64,000 nt of DNA from Chiloscyllium plagiosum (GCF_004010195.1 NC_057719.1:50705008-50769007), one strand, 5' to 3'. Positions 52,082-63,299 are shown, counted from the first letter of the stretch. Translations and numbers: made by a program. The notes: generated from the letters alone by a model not told the origin.

Positions 52082-53835
52082 CATGAAATACAGGGGAACT
52101 AGCCATTTGGTTACAGACTGGCTCAAAGGTAAGAGACTGAGGGTGGTGTTGGAGGTTTGCTTTTCAGACTAGAGGCCTGTGACCATCAGTGTAGTCACAA
52201 CGATTGGTGGAAGAAAGGATGGTGTGAAACTTGAAAGGGTTCAGAAAACTCTTAAAAGGGTGTTGTCAGGGTTGGAGGATTTGATCAATAAGGAGAGGCT
52301 GAATAGGCTGGGGCTGTTTTCCCTGGAGTGTTGGAGGCTGAGGGGTGACTTTGTAGATGTGGGACATGGATAGTGTAAATAGACTTTGGTTGGGGAAGTC
52401 CAAAACTAGAGTGCAAAGGTTTAGAGTGAGAGGGGAAAATTTAAAAAGGACCCAGGGGGGCAGCTTCTTCACGCATAGGGTGGTGTGTGTATGGAATGAG
52501 CTGCCAGAGGAAGTGGTGGAGGCTGGTACAGTGATGAGCCATTGTATACTTGTATCAAATCTCCTCTCAATTTAATTTGCTTCAAGGAGAACAACCCCAA
52601 TTTCTCCAACATAACCTTGCAGCTAAAGTCTGTCATCCTTGGAGTTTCACATCCTTCCTAAAGTAGGGTAATGAGCCAAGTGCTGGCAAATGGAACTAGA
52701 TTAATTTAGGATATCTGGTCGGCATTGAACAAGTTGGATTGAAGGGTCTCTTTCAATGCTGTACATCTCTCTGACTGAAATGAGTGAGTCTACAGGCATT
52801 CCTAGTAACTACAGGGTGGTCAGTTTATCTTCAGTGGGGGGAAAGTTTTTGAACTAATGATGGGAGAAAGAGGTTAACAGGTTTGAATTAATTAAGAGGA
52901 ACGAGCTTGGATTTGTCAAGGAAGATTATGTTTGACTAATCTGATTGAAACTTTTTAAAAGGTAACAGAGAAGGCTGATGAGATAAATGCAGTATGGCTT
53001 GCCTATATAGATTTCAAGAAAGTGTTTTACAAGGTACCGCATAAAAGCCTGTTTAACAATATTGAGGTTCATGGAGTATCAGTGTCAATTTAGATTAACA
53101 ATTATTGAAGGTCAGAAAATAGCATGTGGAGACTGGAAAATAATATACTCTCCAAGGGTCAATGCAAGGCTGTTGGAGTTTTTGCTATAGATAAATTAAT
53201 TGGATATTGAATTACAGAGTCATTTTTTCTCGAAATTTACAGGTATGAAATTTGGAAGTATGACAAGCATTAAGCATAATACCAATCAATTGACACAGGA
53301 CTTGGATCGGTTTATAGACAACGGAAAGATGCTGTTTACTAGAGAGAAGTGTGAGATGGTTCATTTTGACAGTAAGGGTAGAGGGAGGCAATTTAAAGGT
53401 AATGGCACTGTTTTAAATAATGCAGTGATCGAAGCATCATGGGGTTTATGTGCACAGATACTTGTGGGAGAGTGAGTAGCAAAGCAATTGACATCTTTAG
53501 CTCCATAACAAATGGTGCTATGTACAAAAGAAGGAAGTTATGTGTAGTCTTTATAGAGCCCTAGTTAGGGACAACTAGAGTATCTGGTCCAATTCTGTTC
53601 ACCAAACTTTAGGAAGGATGTGAAACTCCAAGGATGACAGACTTTAGCTGCAAGGTTATGTTGGAGAAATTGGGTTTGTTCTCCTTGAAGCAAATTAAAT
53701 TGAGAGGAGATTTGATACAAGTATACAATATTATGAGAGGTTTAGTTAAGACAAACGGAGGAAAGTCATTCCCATCAGCTGATGGTACAAGGACTAGCCA
53801 ACAGATATATGATTTTGAGCTGGAAATACTGAGAT
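52082..53835 (+). mobile_element. CR1 fragments (younger deleted copy 52082-52775; older copy 52790-53835)
   Basis: LERVQK...RLGLFSLE, VWNELPEEVVEA, YIDFKK.F.KVPH. Confidence 0.8.
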
Positions 53836-53847
53836 GTGCAAGCTTTT

Positions 53848-54390
53848 TTTTTGTTCAGTCATGGGATGGGGGTATCACTGGCTCATCCAGCATTTATTGC
53901 CCATCCCCAATTGCCTAGAGGACAGTTAAAAATGGGTCGAATCACATGTAGGCCAGACCTGGTAAGGATGGAGACAAAAAAACTGCAGATGCTGGAATTC
54001 AAGGTAGACAGGCAGGAGGCTGAAAGAACACAGCAAGCTAGGCAGCATCAGAAGGCGGAGAAGGCAATGTTTTGGGTGTAACTGAATTACACCCGAAACG
54101 TCCACTTCACCTCCTAATGCTGCCTGGCTTTCTGTGTTCTTACAGCCTCCTTTTTTGTCAGACCAAGTAAGGATGTCTGTTCCTTCCCTAAAGGACACTA
54201 GTGAACCAGACAGGTTTTTCTAACAATCAACAATGAATTCATTGTCATCATTAGACTCCGAATTCCAGGTTTTTAAAATTGAACTCAAACTCCACAATTT
54301 GAGGCGGCGAGATTCAAATTGGTCCCCAGAACATGATCTGGGTCTCTGGATGAACAGTTCAGTGATAATCCTACCAGGCCATCACCTCCC
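53848..54390 (-). mobile_element. tRNA-derived SINE (family of 50592-50945) with a fold-back PLE insertion
   Basis: Reverse-complement match to the 50592-50945 SINE on both sides of 53971-54158. Confidence 0.8.
53971..54158. mobile_element. Fold-back mini Penelope end with 17-bp TSD
   Basis: TSD cagacctggtaaggatg / cagaccaagtaaggatg; two inverted arms pivoting at gggtgtaac-tgaa-ttacacccgaaacgtc. Confidence 0.8.
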
Positions 54391-55548
54391 CAAAGCAAAA
54401 ACTTTGTTGTGCAGATGACTTGGAACTTGCTACTGGTTTTATCTTTTGTGTTTCCATGATCTTCAAATGGCAGCAGAATAACATTGTAATCAAAGTTAAC
54501 TTGGGCTTGAACTCTCAAACAAATGTAACAAACAGTAAACAAACAACAAAATAGTGGCAGCAGTACAGCTTTTCTTTTATAGGAGTTTTTAATGATTAGC
54601 TTGCTCCTTGAATAAATGGAAGATAACAATGTGCAATTATTGCACTAAATGTTGTACCTCATTTTACAGTATTTAATAGTTCCTTTGTACGGTCGCTGTG
54701 TGGGGAATAGAAAGACTTTTGTCTCTCCAAAGTTTTCTGATAGGTATTCTGCTTCAAGTAAAACTGATGAATAAAAAAAGTATAAAAAATATTATGGATA
54801 CAAGAAATCTGGAATAAAGACTTAAAGTGCTGGAAATACTCAATTCCTTTGACAACATCTGTGGAAAAGAAAATTGGAACTCACAAAAGTTAGAAATATG
54901 AGAGGTAGTGGAAAAGAGATAACAAAAAAGGGAAGATCTTTGATGGAGTAGAAAATGAGAGTAATTAAATGACAAAGATGATCATCATATAAGTCAAAAA
55001 GAGTTGATAATGATACTAGTTAAGGCAGAAATTATGGATCTCAAGCAACAACAGGTTTCCACCAATGTTTCATGTACTGATGTCCATGTTTTGAGTTTGA
55101 CAATAAAAGACTTTCTGAGATTTACAACGTTTTATTGTATATTTATAGTTTAGCATATGCATCAGTTCTGCATTTCCCTGTCCAAAAGCCCACCACATTC
55201 TGGATGGACTCCACTCTTAAATACAAAATCTTAATGAACATTACTGACACTCAATTAACTTTAGAGCTGTTGTGTTTGAGCCTTAAAGGGACCCGCATTT
55301 CTAACTCTGACAGACTTCTTTTCATTTATAGAAAGATTGTGTTTATTCAGGGGTATATAGATCTAAAAACACAATTTCAGATTCTCACTATCAGATACTT
55401 CCTTCTTCAAGAATCTTCAGAAATCTTTCTGTAGATACATTCATCTTACTGAAACATTCAAATGTTGATGATTCGTATCTACCCACCTTTGATTTGTGGT
55501 TTCTTTCTTCTCCAGCATCTGCTTTAAACTGCTTGTATCTATCATAGG

Positions 55549-56607
55549 CCTTTTGCAAGGTTTGTGAAGGTTTGTAGCTCAGGTTGAGATTTAGGGTGTA
55601 GGTTTGCTTGCTGAGCTTTAGATTTGATATCCAGATGTTTCATTACCTGGCTAGGTAACATCATCAGTGGTGACCTCCAAGTGAAGCGAAGCTGTTGTCT
55701 CCTGCTTTCTATTTATATCTTTCTCCTGGATGGGGGTTCCTGGGGTTTGTGGTGAAGTTATTTCCTGTTCGTTTTCTGAGGGGTTGATAGATGGCATCTA
55801 GGTCTATGTGTTTGTTTATGGCATTGTGGTTGGAATGCCAGGCCTCTAGGAATTCTCTGGCATGCCCTTGCTTAGCCTGTCCCAGGATAGATGTGTTGTC
55901 CCAGTCGAAAAGATGGCTTCTTTTTTATCCGTTTGTAGGGCTACAAGGGAGAGAGGGTCGTGTCTTTTTGTGGCTAGCTAGTGTTCGTGTATCCTGGTGG
56001 CTAACTTTCTTCCTGTTTGTCCTACGTAGTATTTGTGGCAGTCCTTGCAAGGAATTTTGTAGATGACATTGGTTTTGTCCATGGGATGTACTGGGTCTTT
56101 TAAGTTTGTTAGTTTTTGTTTGAGAGTGTTGGTGGGTTTGTGTGCTACTAGGATTCCGAGGGGTCTTAGTAGTCTGGCTGTCATTTCTGAAACTTCTTTG
56201 ATGTATGGTAAGGTGGTTAGGGTTTCTGGCTGTGTTTAGTCTGCTTGTCGTGGTTTGTTCTTGAGAAATCTGCACACTGTATTTTTTGAGTATCCATTCT
56301 TTTTGAATACGTTGTATAGGTGGTTCTCCTCTGTTTTCCGAAGTTCGCATGTGCTGTAGTGGCACTCCAACCACAACGCAATAAACAAACACATAGACCT
56401 AGATGCCATCTATCAACCCCTCAGAAAATGAACAGGAAATGATATCACCACAAACCCCAGGAACCCCATCCAGGAGAAAGATATAAATAGAAAGCAGGAG
56501 ACAGCAGCTTTGCTTCACTTGGAGGTCACCACTGATGATGTTACCTAGCCAGGTAACGAAACGTTTGGATATCAAACCTACAGCTCAGCGAGCAAACCTA
56601 CACCCTA
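55549..56607 (-). mobile_element. Penelope (Poseidon-like) element, 5' truncated, with inverted pseudo-LTR and 9-bp TSD
   Basis: GIY-YIG: NVIYKIPCKDCHKYYVGQTGRKLATRIHEH. Inverted arms 55592-55840 and 56360-56607. TSD tatcatagg (55540-55548 and 56608-56616). Confidence 0.9.
56529..56568 (+). ncRNA. Minimal hammerhead ribozyme motif (PLE family B)
   Basis: CCA-CTGATGA-T-GTTACCT agcc AGGTAAC-GAAA-CG-TT-TGG. The inverted copy at 55631-55670 has TC at the cleavage site. Confidence 0.72.
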
Positions 56608-56938
56608 TATCATAGGGTTTTATTCACTTGTGCTTTTTGTGTAAAATGTACATTAAAGCCCAATTATCTATGTAATATTGTATTGGTATTGTTCTTTCAG
56701 GGTGCTGTTCCCCACTCTTATTTATCTTTGCCTCACATGCCAGGGGCAGTTTTTCCCATTTTCTTCCTCACAAGGAATATCACAAATTCTCCAGTGCTGG
56801 GATTTTATTTTTAAGCTTGATTCTCTCTCAAGGTGTATTCCATCTTTGGTTTTTTCATGGCCAAATGAAGTTGCAGCACATGATGTGGTGCATCTGGTCT
56901 CGTCTGTGTACCTAACCAGTTGAGCTGTCTGTCAAGAC

Positions 56939-59174
56939 TGAAAAATGTATTGCTGGAAAAACACAGCAGGTCAGGCAGCATCCAAGGAGCAGGAGAATCG
57001 ACGTTTCGGGCATAAGCCCTTCTTCAGGAATGAGGAGGGTGTGCCAAGCAGGCTAAGATAAAAGGTAGGGAGGAGGAACTTGGGGGAGGGGCGTTGGGAA
57101 TGCAATAGGTGGAAGGAGGTTAAGGTGAGGGTGATAGGCCGGAGGGGGGGTGGGGGCAGAGAGGTCAGGAAGAAGATTGCAGGTCAAGAAGNNNNNNNNN
57201 NNNNNNNNNNNNNNNNNNNNNNNNNNNNNNNNNNNNNNNNNNNNNNNNNNNNNNNNNNNNNNNNNNNNNNNNNNNNNNNNNNNNNNNNNNNNNNNNNNNN
57301 NNNNNNNNNNNNNNNNNNNNNNNNNNNNNNNNNNNNNNNNNNNNNNNNNNNNNNNNNNNNNNNNNNNNNNNNNNNNNNNNNNNNNNNNNNNNNNNNNNNN
57401 NNNNNNNNNNNNNNNNNNNNNNNNNNNNNNNNNNNNNNNNNNNNNNNNNNNNNNNNNNNNNNNNNNNNNNNNNNNNNNNNNNNNNNNNNNNNNNNNNNNN
57501 NNNNNNNNNNNNNNNNNNNNNNNNNNNNNNNNNNNNNNNNNNNNNNNNNNNNNNNNNNNNNNNNNNNNNNNNNNNNNNNNNNNNNNNNNNNNNNNNNNNN
57601 NNNNNNNNNNNNNNNNNNNNNNNNNNNNNNNNNNNNNNNNNNNNNNNNNNNNNNNNNNNNNNNNNNNNNNNNNNNNNNTTCAAGGGCGGAGGAGCGGGAA
57701 GTGGAGGAGATGTGGTGGAGAGCATCGTCAACCATGTCTGAGGGGAAATTGCGGTCTTTGAAGAAGGAGGCCATCTGGGTTGTTCGGTATTGGAATTGGT
57801 CCTCCTGGGAGCAGATGTGGCGGAGGCGAAGGAATTGGGAATATGGAATGGCGTTTTTACAGAGGACAGGGTGGGAGGAGGTGTAATCTAGGTAGCTGTG
57901 GGAGTCGGTCAGTTTATAGTGAATGTCCATATTGAATCGGTCGCCTGAGATAGAAATGGAGTGGTCTAGGAAGGGGAGGGAGGAGTCTGAGACGGTCCAG
58001 GTAAATTTGAGGTCGGGGTGGAATGTGTTAGTAAAGTGGATGAACTGTTCAACGTCCTCGTGGGAGGATGAGGTAGCGCCGATACAATCATCGATGTAGC
58101 GGAGGAAAAGGTGGGGGGTGGTGCCAGTGTAGCTGTGGAAGATGGACTGTTCCACATATCCGATGAAGAGGCAGGCATAGCTGGGGCCCATGCGGGTACC
58201 CATGGCTACTCCTTTGGTTTGGAGGAAGTGGGAGGATTGGAAAGAGAAGTTGTTCAGAGTGAGGACCAGTTCAGTCAGTTGAAGGAGGATGTCAGTGGAA
58301 GGGTACTGGTTGGGTCGGCGGGAAAGGAGGAAGCGGAGGGCTTTGAGTCCATCGTGATAGGAGATGGAGGTGTATAGGGACTGGATGTCCATGGTGAAGA
58401 TAAGGCTGGGGAAACGAAAATCATGGAGGAGGTGGAGGGCGTGGGTGGTGTCCCGAACATAGGTGGGGAGTTCTTGGACTATAGGGGACAGGACTGTGTC
58501 GAGGTATGCAGAGATGAGTTCGGTGGGGCAGGAGCAAGCTGAGACAATGGGTCGGCCGGGGCAGTCAGGTTTGTGGATTTTGGGCAGGAGGTAGAAGCGG
58601 GCGGTGCGGGGTTGTGGGACTATGAGGTTGGAGGCGGTGGATGGGAGATCCCCTGAGGTGATGAGGTTATGGATGTTCTGGGAGATGATGGTTTGATGGT
58701 GGGAGGTGGGGTCATGGTCAAGCCTCCTCCATCGCCAGACCATGGCAACACAATGGTTGGAGGAAGAGCGCCTCATCTTTTGCCTAGGAACCCTCCAACC
58801 ACAAGGGATGAATTCAGATTTCTCCAGCTTCCTCATTTCCCCTCCCCCCACCTTATCTCAGTCCCAACCCTCAGACTCAGCACCATCTTCTTGACCTACA
58901 ATCATCTTCCCGACCTCTCCGCCCCACCCCGTCTCTGGCCTATCACCCTCACCTTAACCTCCTACCACCTATCGCATTCCCAACGCCCCTCCCCCACGTC
59001 TCTCCTCCCTACCTTTTATCTTAGCCTGCTTGGCACACCCTCCTCATTCCTGAAGAAGGGCTTATGCCTGAAATGTTGATTCTCCTGCTCCTTGGATGCT
59101 GCCTGACCTGCTGCGCTTTTCCAGCAATACATTTTTCAGCTCTGATCTCCAGCATCTGCAGTCCTCACTTTCTC
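56939..59174 (-). mobile_element. Young Penelope-like element (RT) with inverted pseudo-LTR and 14-bp TSD
   Basis: Stop-free RT from about 58720 to the gap: FYLLPKIHKP, PGRPIVS, MDIQSLYTSI, GVAMG, RYIDD, LPFLD. Inverted EN C-terminus plus pLTR at 58721-59174. TSD ctgtctgtcaagac (56925-56938 and 59175-59188). Confidence 0.93.
57192..57678. other. Assembly gap (N run)
   Basis: Run of N inside a young PLE. Confidence 1.
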
Positions 59175-59665
59175 CTGTCTGTCAAGACACCTTAGTTATT
59201 TCAACTCTTTCTTGACAACAGCCTCATCTTTGTGCTCATATAGGTATAATTAATTGCAATAGGATTAACATTTTTCAAGTAAGATTCTTGGTATAGAATT
59301 ACATTTGTCTCACCATGCTTAATTTTCAAACCTACATAATTTGAAAAGTCCAGAAGCTTGACTGCCAATTTTGAATTTCTTCATAATTTGGTAGATAATC
59401 TTTTCTTCAAAGTAATTGGTGCTGCCCACCAAAAACTGTCTACATGCATCATAAGGATGCCCAGACAATAGAACATTGCCAGATCCATTTTCAGTTATGA
59501 ATGTTCCTTAATGTTAACATGTCTTCACTGAAAATATCACACCAGAAAAGCACCATTTAATCCATAAAGACATTTATGCAATTTACAGAACTTTCTCTCT
59601 ATTCCTATTGCTACAGTTGCAGGCTATATGAATTTTCCTGTTGGTCAGTTTACAATGAAGGAATG

Positions 59666-59850
59666 AAAACAAAAAAATGCTGGAACTCCCATTGGATCAG
59701 TCAGCGTTCATGGAGGGAGAGCAAGCTAATATTTTGTGACTGGATAACTCTTCATCAGAGCTCTCTCTAAGGATGCTGCCAAACCTACTGTGATTTCCAA
59801 CATTTTTTTGGTTTTCAGTGCAGATTCCAGCATAAGCAGTAATTTGCACT
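59666..59850. mobile_element. Fold-back mini Penelope end in Copia RT
   Basis: Inverted end motifs; degenerate TSD tacaatgaaggaatg / taccctgaaagaatg. Confidence 0.65.
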
Positions 59851-60761
59851 TACCCTGAAAGAATGCTGCATTGATATCCAAGAAAATGCCAGTAAAATGG
59901 CTAAAAAGTTGTTCAAAATTATCTTCTCAGCAATAGGAGAATATATTTTTGTTAATTGTTCCCCACAAGATTACTCTTTCATGTTCTTCACAATCCGTGC
60001 ATGAGTCAAAATGTGTACCCTGAGCACTAATTCCTACCCCTAGTGCTTCACAGTTGTAAAATTCATGCATGCAAAGTACATGGTGCCTTATCATCAACAC
60101 TTCTCCCAATTCTGAGTTTGACTATTCATAACTTATCTCCAGTATTCATGAAGAATGTGCCTTTATTGTTTAATACCTTTTTTGTATTATGTAAGGTTTC
60201 CTGTCAAGTCAAGTTTTTCCTGTCCTTTTCCTCTTGTCCTTCTCTGTTGTAGTAAACCATATCACTAAATCTGAAATCTCCTCTTGACAGAATGAAGCAA
60301 TGTTTCAACACTCTGCTAACTATTTCTGATTCCTTAGCTTTAAAAAACTGTTTTCCTAACAATCATGTTACACATTTGGATGAATGCAAAACAATCAAGC
60401 TGATCATTCTTACTTGAGAGTCGTCATGCAGTATTGAAGGCAATTTTAAACTCTGTCAGCATCTCTAAGCAATTTTTTGCATGTACAGCCCATGCCAATA
60501 CTGTTCGTAACTTACAGTTTACCTGATCTTCCAGTATTTTGTGCAACACTTCATCAGTTCATTCAACTCATGGGTTCTTTCATACAAGCCATTTCTGAAC
60601 AAACTTTCTGCGCTAGTATGCATATTTTAAAATTAAAGTTCTCACTCAAGTCCTGAAATCTATCATTACAACTTCACCTCTACTAACTGTTAAGCACTTT
60701 GTTGTTGACCCACTTTTCCACAACTTTGTACACTACAGTCCAACTTATCTTGGATTTCCTA

Positions 60762-60965
60762 CAACAAAAACAGAAATTGCTGGAAAAGCTCAGCAGGTCT
60801 GGCAGCATCTGTAATGAGAAATCAGTTAACATTTCATTAACTCTGATTTCCATATATGAGAAAGGGTTACTGGACCTAAAACATTTACACTGATATGCTG
60901 CCAGACGTGTTGAGTTTTTCCAGCAGTTTCTGATTTCCAGCATCCACAGTTCTTTTGGTTTTTAT
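60762..60965. mobile_element. Fold-back mini Penelope end in Copia integrase
   Basis: cagaaattgctggaaaagctcagcaggtctggcagcat ... atgctgccagacgtgttgagtttttccagcagtttctg. Confidence 0.7.
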
Positions 60966-62350
60966 TCACCTCATCTACAAAATGTAATAGAAAGACACTC
61001 CAATCTTTGCCCCACTTCTTCAGATCCATGGCTACTACTACATTAAATTTGGAGGCTAAATAATCACTTATGAATGGTCGTGATGTATTTCAATATTTAG
61101 TATTACAAGGTGACCTGTTCTACATTTTGTTCATCAACAACTACAACATCATTTAACAGGAGCTTCAATTTTTGCAAGGAGGAATGAGCTAATTTTTTTA
61201 ATGCAGTTTCCATATACTGTAATCCTTGTCTTACAAGCCAGACTCCTATCTGCAGCAGTCAATAACACCTCTTGATGAAAAAGTCCAGGATCCCTCAACC
61301 TAATACAATGATATCAGTATCCTGTGAATTTCAGGTTTAGCACTTTACAAATACAAATGTTTATCATTTTTCATGTCCAAATGCATTTTTGCTTTTATAA
61401 TCGAAGCTTACTCAGTAATAATGGCATGTCATTCAGAATGAAATCTGTACTTATGAAATGGTACAGTCCTTTCACCAGGGAAAACCACTCTCTTTAAAAT
61501 TGATAACAAATTGTCATCCCAAATTGAACCTGGGAAGAGTTTTAATAATCTTTGATCCTATTTTTATCTGTTTTGTCCCAGGTTTCCAACTGATAGTTCA
61601 GCAATTGACATCAAACACAGTTGTGGTTCAGTCACTATCTGATACAGCAGAATTGACTAAATCATCAACTAAGAGATTCATGGGTCTACCTAAATCTTTG
61701 GCCACTAACACAACATTTTCTTGCTGTTCATTTATATAATATTTATCCACAGACCATCTGTTTTATGTGTTGTTTCCAGTACTAGATTCCTTATTTTTGG
61801 ACAATTTCTGACAGAGCAGTATCTAGAATCACAGGGGAGCTACTTATTAATTATACCTCAAAGGATTCATGGGGTTGATTTACTGTCGGCTGTCACCCCA
61901 AATCCTGTATGTTTCCTCATTCAGAAACCAATTAAAGGTACAATCTCCTGCAAAACATCTTTCAAAAATTCCATCCTCATACAGATATCTGAAACTTTGA
62001 AAGACAATATCATTACAGTTTTCCATGCTCTGTATCAGTGCGCAACACACATCATGTCCTGTGAAGGTAGCTGGAAACAATTGTCTCCCTGAAAATGTTT
62101 TTAGGGCAGAACTCTTTGTTCAGAAGAAAGAGTTGCTCCCATGAAATTGAGCACCCATCAAATCAAATGCTGAACTGTTTTCAAGATTTGTTCATAATCC
62201 AATAGATAAAACACTAGCACAGACTCTGGAATTCCTAAATTGAGTTTCTTCAGCCTTTGACATAACCTTTCGAACTCCCTGAGATATTCTTCTGTGAACT
62301 GAAATTCCATCTTACTAAATACAGCAAATACTGATCTTTTTATTAAATAC

Positions 62351-62550
62351 CGAAAGCACTGCAGATGCTGTAAAACAAAAACAAAAATAGAGATTGCTGG
62401 AAAAGCTCAGTAAGTCTGATAGCACCTGTGGAGAGAAATCAGAGTTAATGTTTCAAGTCAATTGACCCTTCTTCAACCTGAAACATTAACTCTGGTTTCT
62501 CTCCACAAATGCTACCAGACCTACTGAGCTTTTCCAGCAAGCTCTATTTT
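62351..62550. mobile_element. Fold-back mini Penelope end in Copia gag
   Basis: Arms aaaaatagagattgctggaaaagctcag...gagttaatgtttca and tgaaacattaactc...ctgagcttttccagcaagctctattttt; pivot at the hammerhead remnant. Confidence 0.75.
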
Positions 62551-63299
62551 TGATCCTTTTTGTAAATTCTGTCTATAAAACATTTTGGAAACTCAAATTA
62601 GAATTTTCAATTCCTCTTTGGTATCCAGCTCTGTTACATCCAGTTCTAAAATTATTTTCGACTTTATTCCTTCCTGCCTTTCTGCTTCTTGTTCAGAAAA
62701 AGCAACTTGAATCCAAATTTCCACTTCATTCTTCCCCTACCTATATTGCTGCAATTCCAACAACAATGATGGATAATCATAATTTGTGATCCTGTAGTGT
62801 GACTCAGCCATTTCACTTCAAAAGCCACTGGGAATTTTGTTTCTGCTATAAACAAGAACTACCTCATTTTTAATCTTCTGACCTCTGTCTGAGTCTTAAA
62901 GATACTGCATTTATAACTCTTGACAGTTCCTGGAAGGATTGAAGAGCCTGTGGTAAGGGGAATGATGGGCTGGGTTTTGTAGAGCAGGCAGCAAAGAACG
63001 AAGGACACAGACAGTAGTGTTTTTGATGAGGTCAGGATTACAAAGGGAAAATGTCAGAGTCCAGCTCAGAGTGCAATACAATAGACAAGTCTAGAACAAA
63101 TAATAGTGTGGATAAGAAGCAAAATATTGGTGGAATGACATTTAGGTGAATTGCTCCTTTGGACCACCAAATACAGGCAATAGGTCAAATAGCTTTCTTC
63201 TATGCTGTAACCATTCTGTGACAACTATTTTCCAGACTAGCAATTACTGTTTTAATTATTAACACATTTTTGGATCCTTCACTGGCCTCTCTTCCTTCC

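Larger units (their letters stand above)
55087..62925 (-). mobile_element. Decayed Ty1/Copia LTR retrotransposon (GalEa-like), gag-PR-IN-RT-RH order
   Basis: Minus strand. gag from about 62811: KNEVEIW, EYLREFERLCQRLKKLNLGIPESVLVFYLLD, degenerate knuckle CDSRY....NCP. PR: NSAVSDSD*TTTV, DMPLLLSK. IN: VVAMDLK, AESLFRNGLYER, LAWAVHAKN. RT: DINAAFFQG, LHKCLYGL, MHVDSF, QLNWLGTQTRPD. RH: SLKQMLEKKE..WVDT, stop at about 55391. LTR 5' ends match (55277-55312 vs 62890-62925). Confidence 0.85.

Noticed and set aside
55082..55086. Possible 5-bp TSD of the Copia element (gtcca vs gttcc at 62926-62930)
   Set aside because: Only 3 of 5 bases match and the LTR end position is uncertain.
56701..56923. Acceptor-like ttctttcag and + strand ORF as a possible next TALPID3 exon
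   Set aside because: It is the antisense of the Copia RT/RNase H region and has no TALPID3 similarity.
57080..57886. Long ORFs of 188-268 aa in the track
   Set aside because: Artefacts of reading through the N gap.
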